DNA from: an uncultured Oscillospiraceae bacterium
Lineage (GTDB): Bacteria; Bacillota; Clostridia; Oscillospirales; Oscillospiraceae
Assembly: GCA_944386875.1 (NCBI GenBank)
Contig: CALXCS010000101.1
Coordinates: 1-35,200 of the forward strand
DNA length: 35,200 nt
Direction of reading: 5' to 3'
The position numbers were made by a program, and so were the translations under genes. This document shows positions 7,904 through 17,589 of the stretch, piece by piece (position 1 is the first letter of the stretch; the number at the start of each line of letters is the position of its first letter). The notes under the pieces are model-generated. The model saw only the letters and a program-made list of their open reading frames with translations. It ran no database searches and was not told the DNA's origin.

Positions 7904-9961
7904 ATGATGTCGCTGGATACAAGTGTCAGATACATGCGCGGAGTGGGAGAAGCCCGTGGGAAGCTCCTGGAAAAAATGGGTATAGAGACACTGCGTGATT
8001 TAATAATGGATTTCCCCAGGGCTTATGAAGATAGAAGACAAATAAAGACGATCTCATCGCTTGTATTCGGAGAGTCCGCTTGTGTCCTCGCCACTGTTGC
8101 TGCTCCGCCCCAGACAAGCCATATCAGGCGGGGGCTTGATGTTACAAAAGTCAACGTGGTGGACGATAAAGCGAGATTATCCATAACTTTCTTTAACCAG
8201 GACTATGTTAAAAACGCACTTGTTCCAGGAAATGACTACGTTTTTTTCGGACGTGTAGAAGGGCGCATAGGAGCGCCCGCAATGACAAATCCTGTATTTG
8301 AAAAGGCGGAAAACTCAGGTGTTCTCACTAAGTGCATATTTCCTGTATACAGGCTGACTTCTGGTATATCCCAGGGTATGATGAACAGGCTGATGCGACA
8401 AGGGCTTAGAGAGTGTGAAGGAAACTACCCTGAACAGCTGCCTGAACGTGTCAGGGCTGAATATGAGCTTGCACAGACAAGATTTTCATATGAAAATATC
8501 CACTTTCCAAAGAGCTTTGAGGATTTGGAAGTTGCCAGGAAACGGTTAGTATTTGAGGAACTGTTTGTACTCTCTTGTTCGCTGAAAATTCTCAGGGAAA
8601 AGAGAGTAGAAAAAAATGGAGTGGGTATACCAGTTCCTGAACTGACTGAATTTACAGATCTATTGCCTTTTGAACTGACCGAAGCTCAGAAACAGGCTAT
8701 TGACGATGTCCTAAAAGATATGTCAGGGGAAAAACCAATGAGCCGCCTTATCCAGGGAGACGTGGGGAGTGGCAAGACAATGGTAGCCGCCGCCGCATGC
8801 TGGGCGGTCTGGAAGGCGGGACACCAGTCGGCATTTATGGTGCCCACAGAGATCCTGGCCAGGCAGCACTATGAGTCAATGAAACAGCTTTTTCAACCTC
8901 TTGGCATACGCACCGTGCTGCTTACGGGCAGCTTGGGGATTAAAGCCAGACGAGAAGCTCTGCGTCAACTTGAAGAAGGTACTGCTGATATTGCCATCGG
9001 GACTCATGCGCTTATATCAGAAGGAGTAAGCTTCAGAGATTTGGCGCTCATCGTGGCCGATGAGCAGCATAGATTTGGTGTACAGCAAAGAGCTGCATTG
9101 ACTGATAAAGGAACAGGCCCGCATGTTTTGGTCATGTCTGCTACGCCTATACCCAGAACATTGGCGCTGATTGTATACGGTGATCTGGATGTTTCAATTA
9201 TTGATCAACTGCCGCCGGGACGTGAAAAAGTTGACACATTTCTTGTGGGCGAGAACATGCGCCAGAGGGTGTACAATTTTATACGCAAATTGGTGGAGCA
9301 AGGCAGGCAGGTGTTTATTGTGTGCCCAGCCGTTGAGGAAAACGAGGATGGTTCAGAGGATCTAAAGTCGGTTAAGAAGTATGCGGAGAGTCTTTCAAAA
9401 GATGTTTTTCCTGATTTAAAAGTCGCACTTGTCCATGGCAGAATGAAATCCAAGGATAAAAACGCGGTGATGTCAGATTTTGCCGATGGCAACACAAATA
9501 TCTTGGTGGCGACTACTGTTATTGAAGTTGGGGTTGACGTTCCTAATGCTGCGCTTATGGTTGTAGAAAACGCTGATAGATTTGGACTGTCTCAGCTTCA
9601 CCAGCTCAGAGGCCGTGTTGGACGCGGAAAATTCAAGTCCTATTGTATCCTTTTTGAAGGAGCCGGAGGCGCTGCTGCAAGGGAAAGGCTTTCGGCCCTT
9701 TGCAGGACGAATGACGGTTTTAAGGTGGCGGAAGAGGACCTGCGTATCAGGGGACCCGGAGACTTTTTTGGATCAAGACAAAGCGGGCTGCCGGACATGC
9801 ATATTGCCGGATTTGCATCAGATATGGACATACTTGTAAAAGCCCAGGAAGCAGCGAAAAAGACAATGGAAATGGATCCTGAACTTCAAATGGAAGAAAA
9901 CAGGAATCTCAAAAACAGCGTAAACCGCCTTATAGACAAAAATAGAGGGACTTTTAACTGA
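7904..9961 (+). CDS. recG: ATP-dependent DNA helicase RecG
   Basis: Wedge domain followed by an SF2 helicase with 'GDVGSGKT', 'DEQHRFG' and 'QLHQLRGRVGRG'. The start is placed at ATG 7904, with GGGAG 9 nt upstream; the ORF track starts at 7862. Confidence 0.9.
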   Translation: MMSLDTSVRYMRGVGEARGKLLEKMGIETLRDLIMDFPRAYEDRRQIKTISSLVFGESACVLATVAAPPQTSHIRRGLDVTKVNVVDDKARLSITFFNQDYVKNALVPGNDYVFFGRVEGRIGAPAMTNPVFEKAENSGVLTKCIFPVYRLTSGISQGMMNRLMRQGLRECEGNYPEQLPERVRAEYELAQTRFSYENIHFPKSFEDLEVARKRLVFEELFVLSCSLKILREKRVEKNGVGIPVPELTEFTDLLPFELTEAQKQAIDDVLKDMSGEKPMSRLIQGDVGSGKTMVAAAACWAVWKAGHQSAFMVPTEILARQHYESMKQLFQPLGIRTVLLTGSLGIKARREALRQLEEGTADIAIGTHALISEGVSFRDLALIVADEQHRFGVQQRAALTDKGTGPHVLVMSATPIPRTLALIVYGDLDVSIIDQLPPGREKVDTFLVGENMRQRVYNFIRKLVEQGRQVFIVCPAVEENEDGSEDLKSVKKYAESLSKDVFPDLKVALVHGRMKSKDKNAVMSDFADGNTNILVATTVIEVGVDVPNAALMVVENADRFGLSQLHQLRGRVGRGKFKSYCILFEGAGGAAARERLSALCRTNDGFKVAEEDLRIRGPGDFFGSRQSGLPDMHIAGFASDMDILVKAQEAAKKTMEMDPELQMEENRNLKNSVNRLIDKNRGTFN

Positions 9962-10018
9962 ACGTAGGAAATTTATTTTACGTACAATTATTTCCAACTG
10001 CTGGCACATATATTTAAT

Positions 10019-10054
10019 ATGGCGGCGGGCGCAGGCGCCTGCCGCCATGTTTTT
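10019..10054 (+). terminator. Strong GC-rich intrinsic terminator after recG
   Basis: 13-bp stem (10019-10031 pairs with 10036-10048, one G-U), loop CAGG, then G + T5 (10050-10054). Confidence 0.75.
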
Positions 10055-10071
10055 AAGCTAGGAGGTGGAAT

Positions 10072-11592
10072 ATGAAAGGGAAAAGGCTCCTGGTAAACAC
10101 TATACTTCTTACAATGAGCTCTCTTGCGCTCAGATCTATAGGCCTTGCATTTCAAGTTTTTTTATCAAGGAAGATAGGCGCTATCGGCATAGGTCTTTAC
10201 CAATTAGTAATGTCGGTAGATATGTTTGCCGCGACGATTGCAATATCCGGTATTCGATTTACTGCCACTAGGCTGGTGTCGGAAGAGCTGGGGAGAGGCA
10301 AGAGCGGGAATGTTCCGCAGGTAATACGCAGGTGTCTTGTGTACGCTGCTACTTTTGGATGCCTGGCCTCATCAATGATGTTTATCTCTGCTGAGGCACT
10401 CGCATCAAAGGTTGTGGGAGACGCAAGAATGGAGCTTTCCATCAGAATACTCTCCATAAGCCTTCCATTTTTATCCTCCGGAGCAGTATTGGGCGGCTAT
10501 TTTACAGGAGTATGCCGCATAGGAAAATCGGCAGTTGCGTCAATTTCAGAGCAGGTATGCCGCGTCGTAGTCTCAGTGATCCTCATTTCAAAGGTCGATA
10601 CCGGAAATTTGGAGATGATGTGCGCCGCTGTAGCTATGGGAAGTGCTGCGGGAGAGATTTTTTCATTCTTTGCCGCACTCGTCCTTTATATTTCGGATAA
10701 ACACAGATACGGCATATCCAGGGGGAATTCCAGGGGGCTGACAGGTAGAATTCTGGGTACGGCGATTCCGTTGGCAGCTTCGGCCTATACCCGCACAGCA
10801 CTTTCCACTGTACACAATCTTATGATACCCAGCGGCCTGCGCCGATCAGGAGCCAGTGCTCAGGCAGCCCTGACCGATTATGGAACCATACACGGTATGG
10901 TGTTCCCCGTTATTACATTTCCGTCAGTTATTTTCTCATCTTTATCTGAACTTATAGTTCCGGAGATTACAGAAGAACAAGTCAAGGGGAGAAACGATAG
11001 AATTTCTGCTTCGGTAAATCTGCTTCTTAAAATATGCCTGATGTTTTCTTTGGGAGTTATGGGTGGGCTGCTTTGTTTTTCCAGGGAACTGGGACTGGTG
11101 CTCTATGACAGCGGGCAGGTGGGTGATTATATCCGGCTGCTGTCATTCCTTATGCCTATTATGTATATGGACACAGTGACTGACGGGATGTTGCGCGGGC
11201 TGGGCCAGCAGATGTATGCAATGCGAGTTAATATAATCGATTCAATTGCGTCAACAGCCCTTATATATTTTCTGCTACCGCCCTTTGCAATATATGGATA
11301 TATTTTTATACTTTACGCCTCAGAGATATTTAATTTTTCACTTAGTATGCGAAGGCTGCACCGTATTGCCAGAGTAAGCCAATCAATTGGAGATATGCTA
11401 AAGGCTTGCGGAGCGCTTTTCTGCGCATCCAACTTCACGAGGCTGATAATTAATCTCAGCGGAGGGGCGGAAAGCATATTGGGACTCATAACAGGTATTT
11501 GCCTTTTTGCCGGTATCTATGTGATTCTCTTGCTTGCTTTTTCTGCTGTAAGTAAAAGGGACCTTAGAATTATCAGAGCTGCTGTAAAATAA
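10072..11592 (+). CDS. spoVB: Stage V sporulation protein B / MOP-superfamily (MurJ-like) flippase
   Basis: 506 aa with about 14 TM helices. The N-terminus 'LLVNTILLTMSSLALRSIGLAFQVFLSRKIGAIGIGLYQL' is typical of SpoVB. AGGAGGTGG RBS. Confidence 0.8.
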   Translation: MKGKRLLVNTILLTMSSLALRSIGLAFQVFLSRKIGAIGIGLYQLVMSVDMFAATIAISGIRFTATRLVSEELGRGKSGNVPQVIRRCLVYAATFGCLASSMMFISAEALASKVVGDARMELSIRILSISLPFLSSGAVLGGYFTGVCRIGKSAVASISEQVCRVVVSVILISKVDTGNLEMMCAAVAMGSAAGEIFSFFAALVLYISDKHRYGISRGNSRGLTGRILGTAIPLAASAYTRTALSTVHNLMIPSGLRRSGASAQAALTDYGTIHGMVFPVITFPSVIFSSLSELIVPEITEEQVKGRNDRISASVNLLLKICLMFSLGVMGGLLCFSRELGLVLYDSGQVGDYIRLLSFLMPIMYMDTVTDGMLRGLGQQMYAMRVNIIDSIASTALIYFLLPPFAIYGYIFILYASEIFNFSLSMRRLHRIARVSQSIGDMLKACGALFCASNFTRLIINLSGGAESILGLITGICLFAGIYVILLLAFSAVSKRDLRIIRAAVK

Positions 11593-11611
11593 GCCGCAAA
11601 ATAATATGTAA

Positions 11612-11636
11612 GCGGGGGACAGTTTCCCCCCGCTTT
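11612..11636. terminator. Hairpin between convergent spoVB and DUF378 genes
   Basis: Stem GCGGGGG (11612-11618) / CCCCCGC (11627-11633), 8-nt loop, followed by only TTT. Confidence 0.5.
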
Positions 11637-11643
11637 GCCGCAT

Positions 11644-11856
11644 TTAAACATTATCCCGTGATTCGACCCTATCTCTAAACAGAAGGGAAATACACCAGAG
11701 AGCGGCAAGAGCCACAAGAGTATATATTACGCGGCTCACTGACGCAGTCTGCCCGCCAAAAAGGTAGGCTACCAGGTCAAATTTGAATATACCCACAAGC
11801 CCCCAGTTTATGCCGCCGATGATAACGAGGGCCAGGGCGATCCTGTCCATGATCAT
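11644..11856 (-). CDS. DUF378 family small membrane protein
   Basis: 'MDRIALALVIIGGINWGLVGIFKFDLVAYLFGG' is the DUF378 signature. The start is moved to ATG 11856, with GGAGGG 8 nt upstream; the ORF track extends to 11901. Confidence 0.8.
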   Translation of the reverse strand: MIMDRIALALVIIGGINWGLVGIFKFDLVAYLFGGQTASVSRVIYTLVALAALWCISLLFRDRVESRDNV

Positions 11857-12029
11857 AGAAATGATCCCTCCTTCTTGCTGCGGTAATAATATGCCCTGCA
11901 AGGGCGGGTAATATTCATGGTGCGGCAGACCGGCAACATTGTGATAAAGATTTTAGAATAAGGGTATTTAAAAATTACCTGATCTGTAGTATAGTAAGAC
12001 TACTTATGTCACCGGGAGGTAGATAAAGC

Positions 12030-12509
12030 ATGACGGAAATATTAAAACTCCTTGAAGAAGACAGCAGATACACACCGGCACAGATTGCCGCTATGACAGG
12101 TAAAGACGAGGCTCAAGTCAGAAGCATAATAAAAAAGTGTGAGGAAGAGCACATAATAAATGGGTATACTGCGCTTATAGATTGGGACAGGACTTCAGAG
12201 GAGTCTGTCACCGCTTTTATAGAAGTTAAAATCACACCCCAGCGCGATGATGGATTTGACAGGATTGCCAGGCGGATTTATCAATATGAAGAGGTGGAAA
12301 GCCTCTACCTTATGTCAGGCGCCTTCGATTTGGCGGTAACGGTGACAGCTAAATCGCTTAAAGATGTGGCGCAGTTTGTGTCAGCAAAACTGGCGCCGAT
12401 AGATGGTGTTCGCTCAACAGCTACGCACTTTATTCTTAAAAAATATAAGGATAAGCACAGATCCTTCCAGGTAGAGGCTGAGCAGGAAGAGAGAGTTTTA
12501 TTCGTATGA
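12030..12509 (+). CDS. Lrp/AsnC family transcriptional regulator
   Basis: 159 aa with an N-terminal HTH ('ILKLLEEDSRYTPAQIAAMTG') and a C-terminal AsnC-type ligand-binding fold. The stop overlaps the next start (ATGA). Confidence 0.85.
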   Translation: MTEILKLLEEDSRYTPAQIAAMTGKDEAQVRSIIKKCEEEHIINGYTALIDWDRTSEESVTAFIEVKITPQRDDGFDRIARRIYQYEEVESLYLMSGAFDLAVTVTAKSLKDVAQFVSAKLAPIDGVRSTATHFILKKYKDKHRSFQVEAEQEERVLFV

Positions 12510-13675
12510 TGAATTATAATAATATTATGTCAAAAAAAGTGCAGAGCCTGGCGCCGTCAGGCATAAGGAAATTTTTTGACGTGCTTGACACTATGCAGGA
12601 TGCCATTTCCCTTGGAATTGGTGAACCGGATTTTGTAACGCCGTGGCATATACGTGAGGCGGGGATATTCTCTCTGGAGCAGGGACACACCAAGTATACT
12701 TCAAACGCTGGTATGACAAAATTGCGTACTGAAATAGCCAAGTATTTGGAAAGACGTTTTGCGCTTAATTATGATCCGCTGGGGCAGATAATTGTCACAG
12801 TAGGCGGGAGTGAGGCAATAGATCTGTGCGTAAGGGCCCTTGTAGAGCCTGGCGATGAGGTTATTATCCCTATACCGTCGTTTGTATGTTATGGACCGAT
12901 AACTACAATGGCAGATGGGGTGCCGGTGTATATTGAGACAAAGGCTGAGAATGAGTTCCGCATTACTTCAGAAGAACTGGAAAAAGCTATAACCCCGAAG
13001 ACTAAACTTGTTATTTTACCGTTTCCCAACAACCCTACAGGCGGCATTATGAGGCGTCAGGATTGGGAGGATATAGCGAAAGTTTTAGATGGTACCGACA
13101 TTATGCTTCTCTCTGATGAGATATATGCGGAGCTTACATATGGCCAGCACCATGTGTCTCCCGCTAACATTCCTGAACTTTTTGACAGGTCCATGCTGGT
13201 AAATGGCTTTTCAAAAGCTTACGCTATGACGGGCTGGCGCCTAGGATATGTGTGTGGACCGGAACAAATTGTAAAGCAGATGCTTAAGATACACCAATAC
13301 GGCATCATGTCTGCTCCCACCATGAGCCAATATGCCGCCATAGATGCTCTGAAAGACGGAGACGTTGATATAGAACGGATGAAGGAAGCTTATAACCACC
13401 GGCGCCAACTGCTATTAAAGGGGCTGCGGGACATGGGCCTTGAGTGCTTTGAGCCGAGAGGGGCATTTTATATGTTCCCGAGTATTAAAAGCACAGGGCT
13501 GACGTCAGATGACTTTTGCACACGCTTTTTACAAGAGGAGAAAGTGGCTGTAATACCAGGTACGGCTTTCGGGGAAAATGGCGAAGGATTTGTCAGGATA
13601 AGCTACGCGTCTTCTGTCGAGAACATAGAGACTGCCCTTGAGCGAATGAGGAATTTTATTCAGCGTTTGAAATAA
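12506..13675 (+). CDS. PLP-dependent class I/II aminotransferase (aspartate/aromatic type)
   Basis: 389 aa. It has 'PNNPTG', the Schiff-base lysine in 'NGFSKAYAMTGWRLGY', and a C-terminal 'RISYA' block. Confidence 0.85.
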   Translation: MMNYNNIMSKKVQSLAPSGIRKFFDVLDTMQDAISLGIGEPDFVTPWHIREAGIFSLEQGHTKYTSNAGMTKLRTEIAKYLERRFALNYDPLGQIIVTVGGSEAIDLCVRALVEPGDEVIIPIPSFVCYGPITTMADGVPVYIETKAENEFRITSEELEKAITPKTKLVILPFPNNPTGGIMRRQDWEDIAKVLDGTDIMLLSDEIYAELTYGQHHVSPANIPELFDRSMLVNGFSKAYAMTGWRLGYVCGPEQIVKQMLKIHQYGIMSAPTMSQYAAIDALKDGDVDIERMKEAYNHRRQLLLKGLRDMGLECFEPRGAFYMFPSIKSTGLTSDDFCTRFLQEEKVAVIPGTAFGENGEGFVRISYASSVENIETALERMRNFIQRLK

Positions 13676-13713
13676 TAAAAAGCAAGAAGCACAGGTTGAA
13701 AGGAAAACAAACA

Positions 13714-14958
13714 ATGAAATATATTCTGGTCATCGGTGACGGGATGGCCGATAATCCAGTTCCCCAGCTGGGGAACGTGACACCGTTAGAGACGGCTAAC
13801 ATTCCCAATATGGACTATATGGCGTCTCATGGAATAATTGGCAGTGTATTAAACGTACCCGAAGGACTTCCGGCTGGAAGTGATACTGCAATATTATCAA
13901 TTTTTGGATGCGATCCCAGGAAATGCTATACAGGGAGAGCGCCTCTTGAGGTTGCCGCGGAAGGGATAGCGTTAAACCCGGGAGATGTGGCCATGCGCTG
14001 CAATATGGTGACATATGAAGATGTGGATGCGCCGCTATCAGAAAAACGGATTCTCTCCCATTCTGCAGGCTCAATTGGCGGTGAAGAGTCCATAGCCATA
14101 GTTAACGCTCTTTTTGAGGATCCGGAGTTTGGCGCCGCAGCAAAGGCTGCTGGACTCAAAGTTTATCCATCTCCATCGTTTAGACATTTTACTGTACAAA
14201 CTGGGGCGGATATCACAGGAATCAGGCTTATACCGCCGCACGATCACCTGAATGAAAAGGCGGGTCAGTACTAGCCTTCGGGATGTCAGGATGCTGAAGT
14301 CCAAAAGAACCTTATGCTTTTGGCACATGAAAAGCTCAACCACCACCCACTAAATGAAAAACGCAGGGCAGAGGGAAAAATGCCCGCTAATGGAATATGG
14401 TTTTGGGCAGAAGGAACGGCTGTGGAATTGCCCAACTTTGTGAATAATTATAATAAGACTGGCGCGGTGATCTCAGCAGTGCCTCTCTGCCAGGGCATCG
14501 CAAGACTTACAGGACTGGACAGGATAATTGTCGAGGGAGCGACCGGTGAAGTTGAGACCAACTACGAGGGGAAAGTAGAAGCCGCTATTGAGGCGCTTAA
14601 GACCCGTGATTTTGCTGCTGTCCATGTCGAAGCGCCTGATGAATGTACGCATAATGGAGACCTTCCAGGAAAACTTAAGGCGATAGAATATCTGGACAGA
14701 CGTATTATCGGACCGATCATGTCGGCTCTTAAATTACAAAATACAGACTATAGGCTCCTTGTGCTCAGTGATCACAAGACACTTACTTCCACCAGGGGAC
14801 ATGACGGAGATCCTGTGCCTTTCGCTATATATGACAGCAGAGTTGACACTAAATCCGGTGCAAGCTTTTCGGAGAGCTGGGGCGCACGGGGACCATATAT
14901 TGATGCGGGCGTTAAACTTATGGATATACTTTTTGAGACAGGCAAATGGAAAATTTAA
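13714..14958 (+). pseudogene. apgM: ApgM-type (archaeal-type, cofactor-independent) phosphoglycerate mutase family gene interrupted by one in-frame TAG at 14272-14274
   Basis: Track ORFs 13696-14274 and 14314-14958 are in the same frame. Only one stop lies between them, and the 13 codons from 14275 to 14313 are open. The concatenated product (MKYILVIGDGMADNP...PPHD...Y*PSG...HPLNEKR...PANGIWFWAEG...HVEAPDECTHNG) is collinear with the roughly 400-aa family. The likely true start is ATG 13714. Confidence 0.75.
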
Positions 14959-15818
14959 AAACAAGGGCATATGCCAAGATAAATCTTGCGTTGGATGTAC
15001 TTGAGAAACTGGATGATGGGTACCACCGAGTAAACATGGTCATGCAGTCTATCGACATATTTGACGACATAGACATTAAGTTGATAAAAGGCGGCAGAAT
15101 AGAGGCATATACCAACAGGTCTTATATACCGTCTGATATGAAGAACCTAGCCTGCAGAGCGGCTGCAGAGTACATGGCGGCAGCAGGTATTGAAGGATAC
15201 GGCGTCAGTATGCGCATAAATAAGAGAATACCGGTATGTGCTGGCATGGGCGGCGGCAGTTCAGACGCAGCCGCAGTTATACGAGCTCTTGACGGCCTTT
15301 TTGGAAGTGGGATGAGTGATGAGCAGTTGGCGATGATTGGAAGAAACGTTGGATCAGATGTTGTGTTCTGCCTCTTCGGTGGTACGATGATAGCAAAGGA
15401 AAAAGGCGATGTGCTACAGCGTATTCCTGACTTGCCGGATGCCTTTATTACTGTGTGCAAACCTTCGTTTTCAGTTTCCACGCCGGCCCTTTTTTCTAAA
15501 ATAGACTCGTGTAAAATTAAACGCCATCCGGATATTGAAGGAATGGTTGAGGCAATCGAAAAGGGCGATATAGGATCGGTTGCCAGGAGATGTTATAATG
15601 TCTTTGAGGATGTCCTGCCAAATAGAGAACAGAGGATTGTCGATAATATAAAAGGGATTATGCTCTCCTGCGGTGCATTGGGTGCAGCTATGACAGGTAC
15701 TGGATCGGCCGTTTACGGGATATTTAAGGATGAAAAACTTGCTGAGTCGGCTGTTCATACACTCAGACGCGAATATACGCAGTGCTTTCTTGCCAGAAAT
15801 GTAAAAAAATTGTCCTGA
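14946..15818 (+). CDS. ispE: 4-diphosphocytidyl-2-C-methyl-D-erythritol kinase
   Basis: 290 aa. It has 'AKINLALDV' and the GHMP kinase motif 'PVCAGMGGGSSDAAA'. It overlaps the preceding gene by 13 nt. Confidence 0.9.
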   Translation: MENLKTRAYAKINLALDVLEKLDDGYHRVNMVMQSIDIFDDIDIKLIKGGRIEAYTNRSYIPSDMKNLACRAAAEYMAAAGIEGYGVSMRINKRIPVCAGMGGGSSDAAAVIRALDGLFGSGMSDEQLAMIGRNVGSDVVFCLFGGTMIAKEKGDVLQRIPDLPDAFITVCKPSFSVSTPALFSKIDSCKIKRHPDIEGMVEAIEKGDIGSVARRCYNVFEDVLPNREQRIVDNIKGIMLSCGALGAAMTGTGSAVYGIFKDEKLAESAVHTLRREYTQCFLARNVKKLS

Positions 15819-15837
15819 ATTGAATAAAAAATAAGAG

Positions 15838-15875
15838 ACCAGGCGATGATACGAGTATCATACGTCTGGTTTTTT
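15838..15875 (+). terminator. Intrinsic terminator after ispE
   Basis: Long imperfect hairpin (ACCAGGCGATGATAC / GTATCATACGTCTGGT) followed by a T-run that begins with the stem's last T (15870-15875). Confidence 0.75.
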
Positions 15876-15915
15876 ACTTAAGGACGCAAGTCTGCATATT
15901 CAGGGGAAAGAGCAT

Positions 15916-16521
15916 ATGAAACTTAAAGTTTGGGAAGTAGCACTGATAACAGCAGTAATATTTACTGCAATATTCGGAGCGACTCTAAACCGAGATGCCC
16001 AAGCCTTGTCTGACAAGCTTATTCGACTGCATGTAGTTGCAAATTCTGACAGCGATAGAGACCAGGAGCTGAAACTTAAAGTCAGAGACGAGGTTTTAGA
16101 TATACTTGAGCACCGCTTAGAGGGCGTAGAGGACAGTGAGAAGGCAGCGCTAATTATATCTGAACAGTTGGGAGCACTTAAGGCAACGGCTGAGACGGTT
16201 ATTGAACAAAATGGTTATAACTACCCTGTTGAAGTATCGCTGTGCCGTGAAGATTTTCCAACGACAGAATACGACACGTTTTCACTTCCGGCAGGTATCT
16301 ATGAGTCGCTGAGGATAGTGATAGGCGATGGAGAGGGACATAACTGGTGGTGCGTTGTTTTCCCGCCCGTTTGTACAGCACCGGTTCTTGACGGGGATAC
16401 TGCAGATGCGGTTGGGCTAACAGGCGAGGAGGTATCTCTTATCACCGCAGAATCAGGCGGATATTTGGTGAAATTTAAATTGTTGGAGTTGCTGGGTAAG
16501 CTGAAGTCTCTATTCGTATAG
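15916..16521 (+). CDS. spoIIR: Stage II sporulation protein R
   Basis: 201 aa with an N-terminal signal/TM segment, then 'LIRLHVVANSDSDRDQELKLKVRDEVL' and 'GEGHNWWCVVFPPVC', which are characteristic of SpoIIR. Confidence 0.85.
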   Translation: MKLKVWEVALITAVIFTAIFGATLNRDAQALSDKLIRLHVVANSDSDRDQELKLKVRDEVLDILEHRLEGVEDSEKAALIISEQLGALKATAETVIEQNGYNYPVEVSLCREDFPTTEYDTFSLPAGIYESLRIVIGDGEGHNWWCVVFPPVCTAPVLDGDTADAVGLTGEEVSLITAESGGYLVKFKLLELLGKLKSLFV

Positions 16522-16525
16522 AGAT

Positions 16526-16566
16526 AAAAAACTTAGTCTGGAGATTATTCTCCAGACTAAGTTTTT
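16526..16566. terminator. Bidirectional intrinsic terminator
   Basis: Perfect 13-bp stem CTTAGTCTGGAGA (16532-16544) / TCTCCAGACTAAG (16549-16561), loop TTAT, flanked by an A-tract and a T-tract. Confidence 0.9.
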
Positions 16567-16572
16567 GAGTAT

Positions 16573-17505
16573 TTATGCTACATTAAATCCATCGTATGAC
16601 TCAGAGAGCTTCTGAACCAGCGTGTCATTTTCCAGCGTTAGGATTGGAGTTTCGGAGTCATGAATCCACCCGAAAGAAGCCTGGAGCTTTATGCAGGCGG
16701 AAAATGTATTTCCAGGAGCCGCGGAGTATTCTTCAGCTGTTATCTCGTTGCCGTCTTTATCCTCATATGTGGTAGTTTCGTTTCCATCCATATCATATAC
16801 ACTCTGACGAGTGGCCAGAATATTGGTATAGACGGAAGTCCCGTACATATTGATAGACATAAGGGTTGAGTAATTCTCAGCAGCACCGTTGCGTAAATAA
16901 TCTTCAAAAATATAGTTGTATGTCGGTTCGTCAAAAGCGACATTCAAATAGACATCTGCCGTATCTGTAATAATGTCTGGCTGAGAGTATTCCTCGTCAC
17001 GGGCATATGAGACCTCTTCCAGGCCATCTTCTGCGTCATTTACCTGCCAGATATTACTGTAGGTAAAAAAGCCTGTGCCTTGACATGAAGAGACTATAAT
17101 CTCCAGCCTGCCGTTGAAATCAAGATCGGTTATGGCGTAACTGTAACTGTTATAGCTCAACTCGTCTTCTGCGGGGATCCAGACAGATGAATTGTCTGCA
17201 ATCAGCTGAATTTGAGATGCTGCTTCATCTCCGCTGATTTTTTGTGCATAAACATCTTCATCTATAGAGGCTGGATTATCTGAATGTGAGGTATCTGAGT
17301 TTTCCCCAGACATTTCATCTTCACTTAGATTGTCATTTCCGGCGTCAACATTATCTTCTGAAACTTGCTGCTCTGACTGGGAACTGTCACCTTTATCAGT
17401 GGGGTTTTTACCGTTATCCTGGTTTCCACTGCCATCAGGAGAGCTGCAGGCGACAAGGGAAATACACATGCAAAACGTCACTATGAGTGTAATTAATTTC
17501 TTCAT
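16573..17505 (-). CDS. Hypothetical secreted lipoprotein with an acidic low-complexity linker
   Basis: 310 aa. Signal peptide with lipobox 'ISLVAC'. A D/E/S/N-rich stretch is followed by a globular C-terminal region. AGGAG RBS. I recognise no family. Confidence 0.7.
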   Translation of the reverse strand: MKKLITLIVTFCMCISLVACSSPDGSGNQDNGKNPTDKGDSSQSEQQVSEDNVDAGNDNLSEDEMSGENSDTSHSDNPASIDEDVYAQKISGDEAASQIQLIADNSSVWIPAEDELSYNSYSYAITDLDFNGRLEIIVSSCQGTGFFTYSNIWQVNDAEDGLEEVSYARDEEYSQPDIITDTADVYLNVAFDEPTYNYIFEDYLRNGAAENYSTLMSINMYGTSVYTNILATRQSVYDMDGNETTTYEDKDGNEITAEEYSAAPGNTFSACIKLQASFGWIHDSETPILTLENDTLVQKLSESYDGFNVA

Positions 17506-17589
17506 TTTGTACTCCTATATTGTGTGTTATTTGAATATCTTGAATCATTACAATGATAATGATATACTCCTTACATTGGAGGTGATTGA

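Noticed and set aside
10001-10018. Sigma-54-like element CTGGCAC-N5-TTTAA upstream of spoVB
   Set aside because: The -24 GG element (TGGCAC) is good, but the obligatory -12 GC (TTGCW) is replaced by TTTAA. No enhancer-binding-protein gene is nearby. This is most likely chance.
14272-14274. Possibility that the in-frame TAG is recoded (pyrrolysine or a reassigned amber codon)
   Set aside because: TAG is used as an ordinary stop elsewhere in the window. The TAG stops at 6777-6779 and 16519-16521 are followed within about 30 nt by strong terminators, and the one at 17926-17928 by a hairpin. TAG also ends the response regulator and the carboxypeptidase genes. No pyl genes are visible. By my recollection, the homologous position is Leu in family members, which fits a point mutation or a sequencing error.
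15876-15915. GCATA (15894-15898) as a sigma-F type -35 for spoIIR
   Set aside because: With the usual spacing, the -10 would overlap the ATG at 15916, and the encoded N-terminus is a normal signal/TM segment. There is no room for a conventional promoter and leader. The real spoIIR promoter cannot be placed from the sequence alone.
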